From contig CAYMPD010000021.1 of the NCBI GenBank assembly GCA_964392445.1, forward strand, positions 1-17,282: 17,282 bases of DNA, given 5' to 3'. Origin of the DNA: an uncultured archaeon (GTDB lineage: Archaea; Aenigmatarchaeota; Aenigmatarchaeia; CG10238-14). Of the stretch, positions 1-6,331 are shown piece after piece. Under the pieces are notes generated by a model, which saw nothing but the letters and a program-made list of their open reading frames with translations, had not been told where the DNA came from and made no database searches. Position 1 is the stretch's first letter; every line of letters begins with the position of its first letter. A program made the translations under genes and the position numbers.

Positions 1-159
1 ACACTGAAAATAGAAACAAAAAAAAGGGAAAAAACAATCCCCAAAGAAAACACGGTATTCATCTTTACAATACCCGAAGGTACAAAGGTTCAAGTGGATG
101 GTAATTTACTTCTAGGAAGACCTGAGGATAGGATCAAGAAAAAGTTACCAAGATGGTAA
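1..159 (+). CDS. rnp1: Ribonuclease P protein component 1 (aRpp29/POP4), 3' part only, truncated by window start
   Basis: Not in ORF track. Frame 1 reads TLKIETKKREKTIPKENTVFIFTIPEGTKVQVDGNLLLGRPEDRIKKKLPRW*. The IPK..F.F....V.VDG..L.GRPE.R C-terminus is typical of aRpp29, and the position upstream of rps17 is canonical in archaea. Confidence 0.88.
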   Translation, partial: TLKIETKKREKTIPKENTVFIFTIPEGTKVQVDGNLLLGRPEDRIKKKLPRW

Positions 160-160
160 A

Positions 161-167
161 TTTTTTT
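161..167 (+). terminator. Oligo-T tract (T7) just after the rnp1 stop, candidate archaeal terminator
   Basis: TAAATTTTTTT; archaeal intrinsic terminators are oligo-T tracts. Not proven. Confidence 0.3.
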
Positions 168-191
168 AACCCACACTTCAATTTAATAATC

Positions 192-311
192 ATGAAGAAG
201 GAGAGAAAAACAATTACGATTGATCCATTTACTCTAGTGCTTGTCATGGGATTTTTGATATTTTTGGTATTGTGGATAATTGTAGTGTTAGGGGGATTTT
301 TATGGCGTTAA
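192..311 (+). CDS. Small single-pass membrane protein, 39 aa, unknown function
   Basis: Not in ORF track. MKKERKTITIDPFTLVLVMGFLIFLVLWIIVVLGGFLWR*: basic N-terminus plus one long hydrophobic stretch. Its 3' end overlaps the ATG of the next ORF. Confidence 0.55.
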   Translation: MKKERKTITIDPFTLVLVMGFLIFLVLWIIVVLGGFLWR

Positions 312-595
312 GCAGTAAATGGGCAAATATAATCTCAATCTTGTTAGCAATTTTTTCGATTATTCTATTTCTTTCTCTAGTGATTTACTTTATGATCAAT
401 ACTCCAGGAGAATTCGTTACTCATCCACAATTTTATGTTTCATTATTAACACTCGGTTTGGGATTCTTTTCTAGCTTGATTGCTATCTGGGTGCAAATTT
501 CTGGTACACTGAACAATTTCTCAAGGGAATTAGGTGAATTAAAGGGAAAATTAAATCAATTTATTTCTAATCATTCAAAAAACAAAAAGAATTAA
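302..595 (+). CDS. Small membrane protein (two TM segments plus amphipathic C-terminal helix), unknown function
   Basis: ORF track 272..595. ATG at 302 is preferred because GGGGGA (291-296) is SD-like. Two hydrophobic segments are followed by RELGELKGKLNQFI. Confidence 0.7.
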   Translation: MALSSKWANIISILLAIFSIILFLSLVIYFMINTPGEFVTHPQFYVSLLTLGLGFFSSLIAIWVQISGTLNNFSRELGELKGKLNQFISNHSKNKKN

Positions 596-637
596 ACAAA
601 AGAGATGACCAAAACCTTTTAAAATGTTAATACAATA

Positions 638-988
638 ATGTTAGAGATGAAAACTATGAAGAAAAAACCAAGAGATATTGGTTATGGTGTTAAACCTCCA
701 GAAAAGTCTTGTGAGGACCCTAATTGTCCATTTCACGGGAAACTTCCGGTTAGAGGTAAGATACTCAAGGGTATAGTTAAATCGGATAAGATGCAGAAGT
801 CTGTTGTTGTGGAAAGAAATTATCTTCATTTTGTCCCGAAGTATGAAAGGTATGAGAGAAGACACACGAGAATTACAGCTCACAAACCACCTTGTATAGT
901 TCTTAAAAAGGGAGATAAGGTTAAAATCGCTGAGTGCAGACCTTTGTCGAAAACCAAACATTTCGTTGTAATCGAGAAGATGAGTTAG
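638..988 (+). CDS. rps17: 30S ribosomal protein S17 (uS17, archaeal type)
   Basis: RDIG..VKPP...[14 protein letters not shown] and KYERYERR...I.AH.PPC motifs. The true start may be ATG 647 or 656. Confidence 0.97.
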   Translation: MLEMKTMKKKPRDIGYGVKPPEKSCEDPNCPFHGKLPVRGKILKGIVKSDKMQKSVVVERNYLHFVPKYERYERRHTRITAHKPPCIVLKKGDKVKIAECRPLSKTKHFVVIEKMS

Positions 989-989
989 T

Positions 990-1388
990 ATGAAAGCAGT
1001 AAAAGCAAATGTTACAAGAGGAATTCCAGTAGGAACCATGATGACATGCGCAGATAATACTGGAGCCAAGAAACTGAAATTGATAGCCGTAAAAGGATAT
1101 CATGGGAGAAAAAGAAGACCACAATCGGCTGCTATTGGGGATATAGTTGTGTGTTCGGTTAAAAAAGGAACTCAAAAATGGAGAAAACAAGTGGTTAAAG
1201 GACTCATCATCAGACAGAAAAAAGAATATAGAAGGGCAAACGGATTAAGAGTAAAGTTTGAGGACAATGCTGCGATAATAATTAATGATAAAGTTGAGCC
1301 CCAGGGTACCCAAGTCAAAGGTCCTGTTGCCAAAGAAGTTGTTGAAAGGTTTATGCATATTAGTAAAGTTTCGAGTTTTGTGGTGTGA
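990..1388 (+). CDS. rpl14: 50S ribosomal protein L14 (uL14)
   Basis: CADNTGAK, GDIVVCSVKKG, IIRQKKEYRR.NG.RVKFEDNAA motifs; operon position. Confidence 0.98.
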   Translation: MKAVKANVTRGIPVGTMMTCADNTGAKKLKLIAVKGYHGRKRRPQSAAIGDIVVCSVKKGTQKWRKQVVKGLIIRQKKEYRRANGLRVKFEDNAAIIINDKVEPQGTQVKGPVAKEVVERFMHISKVSSFVV

Positions 1389-1393
1389 TAATT

Positions 1394-1807
1394 ATGAAAT
1401 TTTGGTCAAAAGAGTGGAAATCTTCAAAAAAACCTAAGAAGCAAAGAAAGTACAGATATAACGCTCCCCTACATGTTAAAAGAAAATTCTTGTCAGCCCA
1501 TTTATCAGAGGAATTAAGAAAAAGATACAATAGAAGATCATTCCCGGTCAGAAAAGGTGATGAAGTAGAAATAATGAGGGGGGAATTCAAGAAAAAGAAG
1601 GGTAAAATTAACCGAATAGATCTTCAAGAAACCAAGGTTTACATTGATGGTGTGACCAGAAAGAAAGTTGACGGTTCAGATATTTCAGTTCCTGTTCATC
1701 CAAGTAATTTGAAAATAACAGAGTTGGATCTAAAAGACGAGAAAAGATTAAAAGGTTTAAAAAGAACAGTTAAAAAGGTGAAAAAGAGTGGTAAAAAGAC
1801 ATCTTAA
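1394..1807 (+). CDS. rpl24: 50S ribosomal protein L24 (uL24, archaeal)
   Basis: SKKPKKQRKY.YNAPLH, LS.ELR..Y..RS.PVRKGD.V.IMRG, HPSNL.IT.LDL.D..R. ATG 1394 follows a GGTG SD (the track starts at 1385). Confidence 0.97.
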   Translation: MKFWSKEWKSSKKPKKQRKYRYNAPLHVKRKFLSAHLSEELRKRYNRRSFPVRKGDEVEIMRGEFKKKKGKINRIDLQETKVYIDGVTRKKVDGSDISVPVHPSNLKITELDLKDEKRLKGLKRTVKKVKKSGKKTS

Positions 1808-2522
1808 AAGATACTCAGCGCCCAAGTTTTGGAAAATAAAACCAAAGGAAAAAACATATGTAGTAAAACCAAGAGCAGGTCCTCACAAATTGTTTGAATG
1901 TATACCTTTGCAGGTGCTGATAAGAGATGTGCTTGGATTAGTTGACACTGGGTCAGAAGTTAGAAAGTTAATAAAGATGGGTGAAATTCATGTTGATGGT
2001 AGACCTAGAAAAGATTACAAATACCCTGCGGGTTTAATGGACGTCGTTTCAATTCCGAAGATGAAGGAGGATTATAGAATAACCATAGATTCGAAAGGTT
2101 TGAAGGTAATAGAGTGTCCTAAAAAAGAAGCTAACACTAAATTGGTAAGAATTAATGGTAAAACTTTGATAAAAGGAGGCAAACTTCAGTTAAATCTTAG
2201 CGATGGTAGAACTATGATAATTCCTGTTAAAAATCCAAAAAAACCAAAAGAAGATGTTTACAAGACTGGTGACTCATTACTGATAGAATTACCCAACCAG
2301 AAAATAGTTGAACACATCAAATTAGAAAAAGGGAATATGATTTTAATTATCGGCGGACAAAACATAGGAACATTTGCAAAGGTCAAGGAAACAATTAAAA
2401 CCAGAAGTCGTGAACCTAACAAGGTTTTATGTGAGGTCGACGGTAAAGAGGTTGAGGCTATTAAGGATTATGTATTTGTCGTTGGTAAGAAAAAACCTGT
2501 GATCAAGCTTGATGGTGAATGA
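1788..2522 (+). CDS. rps4e: 30S ribosomal protein S4e (eS4)
   Basis: RHLKR..AP..W.I..K, GPH....IPL...IRD, VDGRPRKDYKYPAGLMDV motifs; GTG start after AAGGTG. Confidence 0.97.
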   Translation: MVKRHLKRYSAPKFWKIKPKEKTYVVKPRAGPHKLFECIPLQVLIRDVLGLVDTGSEVRKLIKMGEIHVDGRPRKDYKYPAGLMDVVSIPKMKEDYRITIDSKGLKVIECPKKEANTKLVRINGKTLIKGGKLQLNLSDGRTMIIPVKNPKKPKEDVYKTGDSLLIELPNQKIVEHIKLEKGNMILIIGGQNIGTFAKVKETIKTRSREPNKVLCEVDGKEVEAIKDYVFVVGKKKPVIKLDGE

Positions 2523-2523
2523 A

Positions 2524-3024
2524 ATGAATCCGATGAGAGAGATAAAAGTTGAAAAAGTCACGCTGAACATGGGTTGTGGCGGGGATAAAAAAAAGATGGA
2601 AAAGGCGGAGAAATTCTTATCTAGATTAGCAGGACAAAAACCGGTTATAACTTTGAGTCATAAGAGAACAACCTTTGGTACTGCCAGGAGAAAACCCCTT
2701 GGTGTCAAGGTAACCCTGAGAAAAGACAGAGCCGAGAAAATTTTGAAAGACACATTCGAAGCGGTTGATCATAAGTTAAAGTCAAAACAAATCAACCCTG
2801 GTAATTTTTCTTTTGGTGTTAAGGAGAGCATAGATTTACCAGATGTTAAGTACGATCCTGATATTGGGATTGTGGGATTTGATCTTTGTGTAACTTTGGA
2901 AAGACCTGGTTTCAGGATTAAAAGAAGGAGTGTTAAAAAATCAAAAGTAGGAAAAAAGCATTTAATTACAAAGGACCAAACTATTAATTGGTTAAAGCAA
3001 CAGGGGGTGGAAGTAGTTGGATAA
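2524..3024 (+). CDS. rpl5: 50S ribosomal protein L5 (uL5)
   Basis: NPMREIKVEKVTLNMG, GQKPV.T, KVTLR, GNFSFG.KE.ID.P..KYDP.IGI.G.D, LERPGFRIKRR. ATG 2524 follows GGTGA (the track starts at 2509). Confidence 0.97.
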   Translation: MNPMREIKVEKVTLNMGCGGDKKKMEKAEKFLSRLAGQKPVITLSHKRTTFGTARRKPLGVKVTLRKDRAEKILKDTFEAVDHKLKSKQINPGNFSFGVKESIDLPDVKYDPDIGIVGFDLCVTLERPGFRIKRRSVKKSKVGKKHLITKDQTINWLKQQGVEVVG

Positions 3025-3043
3025 AGAAACATGGGTGTATGAT

Positions 3044-3196
3044 ATGATGATAAAACTGTCTGGGGTAATACTAAAGAAGGCTCAGATGGAGAACAATTAT
3101 GAGAAGGTTTATAATGATGTTTTTACCAAGACTATTACCACCGATTTTGAAGACGATATGGATATGCTTAAGATTTTTGGTAATGTAGGTGGATGA
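3044..3196 (+). CDS. Hypothetical 50-aa protein inserted between rpl5 and rps14
   Basis: Not in ORF track. [50 protein letters not shown]. It fills almost the whole rpl5-rps14 gap, has GGGTG upstream, and stops 1 nt before the rps14 ATG. Confidence 0.6.
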   Translation: MMIKLSGVILKKAQMENNYEKVYNDVFTKTITTDFEDDMDMLKIFGNVGG

Positions 3197-3197
3197 A

Positions 3198-3344
3198 ATG
3201 GCTGAAAGAAAGCACGGAAAAGCAAAATTTAAATGCCGCCAATGTGGAAGAACCGGCGGAGTTATTCGTAAGTACGGATTGGATTATTGTAGACAATGTT
3301 TTAGGGAAATAGCTCAGAGTTTGGGATTTGAGAAGAATCATTAA
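3198..3344 (+). CDS. rps14: 30S ribosomal protein S14 (uS14, zinc-binding type), 48 aa
   Basis: Not in ORF track. [48 protein letters not shown]: CxxC...IRKYGL..CRQCFRE.A..LGF.K signature, with AGGTGG SD. Confidence 0.96.
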   Translation: MAERKHGKAKFKCRQCGRTGGVIRKYGLDYCRQCFREIAQSLGFEKNH

Positions 3345-3450
3345 GAGTTTTTCTGTATAATATGACACATTTGTTTCATTTTTTGTTCGTTAGCTATTAA
3401 ATTCAATTTATCAGTATTTAGTTATTACCAGTAATGAGGACGTGGTTTAA

Positions 3451-3699
3451 ATGAGAATAATAACGAGACATCGTGATCCTAGATATAGTTTTGCTAGTTA
3501 CCAAAAATTGGAACGTGAAACTCCACCTAGAATTGGAGAAACCATTACTTTTGAAGTAAGTGGTCTTGAATATACGTTTAGAGTAGATGATGTTGATAAT
3601 AGAGAAGGATGGGTTGAAATATATCTTCAAGGTGATCCTAAAAGAATTGATGGTAGAAAGCCACCTATAACAGTCACCGAAGAAGAAAGAAGAAGATAA
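3451..3699 (+). CDS. Hypothetical 82-aa protein
   Basis: ORF track. Plausible composition with a beta-rich pattern (PRIGETITFEV...YTFRVDDV...VEIYL); no family recognised. Confidence 0.6.
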   Translation: MRIITRHRDPRYSFASYQKLERETPPRIGETITFEVSGLEYTFRVDDVDNREGWVEIYLQGDPKRIDGRKPPITVTEEERRR

Positions 3700-3745
3700 G
3701 TTTATTACCATAAGCTAAATATCTTAAAAATTCCAATTATATCCT

Positions 3746-4600
3746 ATGCTACTAGAAACACTATTACTAATCATCGCGTTCGCAGGTTCAGTCCTAGCAG
3801 GAATAATTGATCTTAAAACAACAGAAATACCAGATTGGATACCTTATGCGATGGCAGCAATAGGGATAGTTGGTAACTTGGTTAAAGCTTATCTTCTTGG
3901 AAATTATACACCTATACTACTCTCGGTTGTCGTAGGGTTACTTTTCCTTGGATTTGGATTCTTGCTTTACTTTACAGGTCAATGGGGTGGCGGTGATGCT
4001 AAACTCCTTTCAGCAATAGGGTTCCTTCTTCCTCAATATTCTGGAGCAAAATCCTTCTTTCCGTTTCCAGTGAGTTTCTTTTTCAACGTCTTTTTTGTCG
4101 GTTCTATCTACATGCTCAGCTACATTTTTGTGATGTCTTTGATTAACAAGAAGATATGGAATCATTTCGTCACAGATTTTAAAGCTTCTGCTAGAGAATT
4201 GATGTTTTTGAGTTTTGGTATAATTGTTTTTCTGGCCATATTTACTTTCCTTAGTGTTAACTATTTTGGGTTAGCTACGGTTAATGAGATGATTGTTTTT
4301 GATTTGATTGTTGTTGGGATGGCTGTTGGTTTGTTTGCTGTTTGGAGATTTGGTAAAACTGTGGAAGAGGTAGGGTTTAAAAGAAAAATCAAAGTTAAGG
4401 ACCTTAAAGAGGGGGATGTGCTCGACGATTCGAAGGTGTGGGAAGGCCTGACAAAAGAACAGGTTAAGGAGATTAAAAAGAGTGGTAAAAAAACAGTTGT
4501 GATTAAAGAAGGTGTTCGATTTGGTCCTACATTTGCCCTTGCTTTGGTGGTTACTGTTTTTCTTGGTGATATCGTTGTTTGGGTTGTTGGGATAGTTTAG
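3746..4600 (+). CDS. Prepilin/preflagellin peptidase, family A24 (FlaK/PibD/EppA-like aspartic membrane protease)
   Basis: Both catalytic Asp motifs are present (IDLKTTEIPD and GGGDAKLL), with multiple TM helices and the archaeal C-terminal V.DLKEGDVL...KEGVRFGP.F region. Confidence 0.92.
   Translation: MLLETLLLIIAFAGSVLAGIIDLKTTEIPDWIPYAMAAIGIVGNLVKAYLLGNYTPILLSVVVGLLFLGFGFLLYFTGQWGGGDAKLLSAIGFLLPQYSGAKSFFPFPVSFFFNVFFVGSIYMLSYIFVMSLINKKIWNHFVTDFKASARELMFLSFGIIVFLAIFTFLSVNYFGLATVNEMIVFDLIVVGMAVGLFAVWRFGKTVEEVGFKRKIKVKDLKEGDVLDDSKVWEGLTKEQVKEIKKSGKKTVVIKEGVRFGPTFALALVVTVFLGDIVVWVVGIV
4513..4596 (+). repeat. 84-bp direct repeat, copy 1 (last codons of the A24 peptidase gene)
   Basis: Matches 5100..5183 at 83/84 positions (G4535 vs A5122); offset 587 bp. 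Confidence 0.97.
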
Positions 4601-5022
4601 ACTTTTTCGTAAAAATCTACTAAATCTCCATAACTATATATTAAAGGTAACATTTCTATAGGATGCTCAAATAGAGGTCCATTACTCCCCCATCTAGATA
4701 ACACTGAATTATATCCTTGGTATAGACCGTAATGGACGTATAATTCATCTCCTAAATAAGCTGCTAAACATCCCTTTTTGGGACTTCTAATTCTTCTTAA
4801 TTCGGGTATTTCTCCTTCTAATAATTTTCTTGTAAAGTCAGGATCCTCATTTTCCCTCCAAGTATATTGTGGTAAGTCAAGTTGATCAAAAGCCCAGTTC
4901 TGACAGTCTCCATGACCTAAAAGATGGGGTTCTCTTATAAGGACTACGTCATAATCTCTTAAAGCGGATATGCTTGATGTTCTTGCTATGATTGCTCTTT
5001 CGTTTCTATTTCCTAATTCCAT
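4597..5022 (-). CDS. 141-aa protein with candidate papain-like (NlpC/P60-type fold) Cys/His dyad
   Basis: ORF track. GDC40QNWAF ... PKKGCLAAY ... VH97YG ... VLSRWG ... FEHP ... YG...FY. The fold assignment is pattern-based inference. Confidence 0.65.
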   Translation of the reverse strand: MELGNRNERAIIARTSSISALRDYDVVLIREPHLLGHGDCQNWAFDQLDLPQYTWRENEDPDFTRKLLEGEIPELRRIRSPKKGCLAAYLGDELYVHYGLYQGYNSVLSRWGSNGPLFEHPIEMLPLIYSYGDLVDFYEKV

Positions 5023-5035
5023 GAGGCTAGCTAGA

Positions 5036-5052
5036 TTTTAAAGTATTTAAAA
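5036..5052. promoter_or_regulatory. Palindromic double TATA-like element upstream of the 141-aa ORF
   Basis: TTTTAAA-GTA-TTTAAAA is a 7-3-7 inverted repeat. The distal minus-strand TTTTAAA ends about 23 nt upstream of ATG 5022, which fits a leaderless transcript. Confidence 0.5.
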
Positions 5053-5099
5053 GGAGGGGAGTCAGATATCTATTAAGAAATATATTGTTATCAAGAGGA

Positions 5100-5183
5100 T
5101 GTTCGATTTGGTCCTACATTTACCCTTGCTTTGGTGGTTACTGTTTTTCTTGGTGATATCGTTGTTTGGGTTGTTGGGATAGT
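5100..5183 (+). repeat. 84-bp direct repeat, copy 2 (orphan copy of the peptidase 3' end)
   Basis: Reads VRFGPTFTLALVVTVFLGDIVVWVVGIV then TV*; there is no start codon or full gene in front of it. Confidence 0.97.
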
Positions 5184-5332
5184 AACAGTGTAACAATGTC
5201 TCCTAATACCCTTCTACTAATTTCCTCTTCCTGTTGTTCTGTATAAGGATAAGCTCTTTCAATAGTTCCCCCTTCCCCAGCTTTTCCATAAGGTAAAACA
5301 TCTGCAAATATTCTTCCTTTCATTTTATCCAA
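5138..5332 (-). CDS. Hypothetical 64-aa protein, divergent from uppP; its C-terminus is the antisense of repeat copy 2
   Basis: ORF track. The first ~48 aa are unique and the last ~15 codons lie in the duplicated segment. Confidence 0.35.
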   Translation of the reverse strand: MDKMKGRIFADVLPYGKAGEGGTIERAYPYTEQQEEEISRRVLGDIVTLLLSQQPKQRYHQEKQ

Positions 5333-5369
5333 TTAATCTATTATCAGTTAAAAATAAAAATTCCCCTGG

Positions 5370-6155
5370 ATGATATTACTTATGCTAACATTACTTCAAG
5401 CAATTGTTCTAGGAATAGTCCAAGGAATCACAGAGTGGTTACCAGTCTCAAGTTCTGGACATTTGGTCATCTTTCAACAATTTTTCGGGTTGCAAGTACC
5501 AGTATTTTTTGACGTTTTGCTTCATTTAGGAACACTAACCGTTATTTTTGTGGTCTTTTGGAAAGATATAATAAAACTCCTGAAGGCTTTAGTCCGGCGA
5601 GATTTTAACTCAGAATATGGACGATTGCTAATTTCCATAGCCATTGGAAGTATTCCTACTGCGTTGATTGGGATTATTTTTCATGAAATCCTAGTCTCAT
5701 TCTTCTCAAATCTACTTGTCGTTGGTATTGCATTAATTACTACTGGAACAGTTTTGTTTTTTTGTGAGCGGGGAGAAGATGATAAAGAATTAACTCTGAA
5801 AGATTCTCTTTTGATTGGTCTTGCTCAAGGATTAGCAATAATTCCAGGGATTTCTCGAAGTGGTACTACAATTGGAACAGGATTATTGCGTGGAGTGGAT
5901 CGGGAAAAAATAACTCGATTTTCATTTCTTTTATCAATTCCTGCTGTTATTGGTGCTGGAGTGTTTGAGGCTAGGAATGTTGCTTGGTCTGGGGTTGAAT
6001 GGTTACCTGTTATTGTTGGTGTTTTGGTTTCTGGTGTTGTTGGCTATTTTTCGCTTAAATTACTTTTGAGGTTTGTTAAAGAGAGACGGTTGAGGTGTTT
6101 CAGTTGGTATTGTTGGGCGGTTGGAGTGATTTTGATACTTTTTCATCTTTTTTAA
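5370..6155 (+). CDS. uppP: Undecaprenyl-diphosphate phosphatase (BacA/UppP family)
   Basis: LGIVQGITEWLPVSSSGHL, LHLGTL and QGLAIIPGISRSGTTI motifs. Confidence 0.96.
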   Translation: MILLMLTLLQAIVLGIVQGITEWLPVSSSGHLVIFQQFFGLQVPVFFDVLLHLGTLTVIFVVFWKDIIKLLKALVRRDFNSEYGRLLISIAIGSIPTALIGIIFHEILVSFFSNLLVVGIALITTGTVLFFCERGEDDKELTLKDSLLIGLAQGLAIIPGISRSGTTIGTGLLRGVDREKITRFSFLLSIPAVIGAGVFEARNVAWSGVEWLPVIVGVLVSGVVGYFSLKLLLRFVKERRLRCFSWYCWAVGVILILFHLF

Positions 6156-6160
6156 TTTCA

Positions 6161-6313
6161 CTAAAGCCCAAGTCTTTTCTTCATTTCTTCATGTGTATAA
6201 AAATCCCCAGCTTTAATTTGTTCAGGAGATTCTTCTATATCTTTGATATCTTCTTCACTTAGAATTTCCATTTCAGCTTCAGCCAATTTATCAGCCTAAT
6301 TATAGTTAATCAT
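6161..6313 (-). pseudogene. Orphan antitoxin-like remnant (C-terminal half of an archaeal type II antitoxin)
   Basis: Not in ORF track. MINYN*ADKLAEAEMEILSEEDIKDIEESPEQIKAGDFYTHEEMKKRLGL*, with an in-frame TAG at 6298-6296. The tail resembles archaeal RelE-partner antitoxin C-termini. A 36-aa ORF from ATG 6271 is intact. Confidence 0.5.
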
Positions 6314-6331
6314 TAGAAAAGAAATATTTGT

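Noticed and set aside
3363-3378. Imperfect palindrome TGACACATTTGTTTCA after rps14
   Set aside because: Only 12/16 symmetric in AT-rich DNA and no second copy was found.
641-3711. Minus-strand ORFs 641..1069, 921..1190, 1360..1590, 2769..3032, 3168..3368, 3418..3711
   Set aside because: Antisense shadows of well-supported plus-strand genes, with F/L/S-rich composition.
4513-5183. Diversity-generating retroelement (TR/VR pair)
   Set aside because: Only one internal mismatch (A vs G), no reverse transcriptase in the window, and the target is a TM helix rather than a ligand-binding variable domain.
4513-5183. Integron attC-type cassette
   Set aside because: The repeat is not palindromic, lacks GTTRRRY/RYYYAAC core sites, and no integrase is present.
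6296-6298. Stop-codon reassignment suggested by the in-frame TAG here and the TAA at 9276-9274
   Set aside because: TAG ends rps17 and the peptidase, TGA ends rpl14, rps4e and serS, and TAA ends rpl5 and rps14 at their expected positions; long conserved genes have no internal stops.
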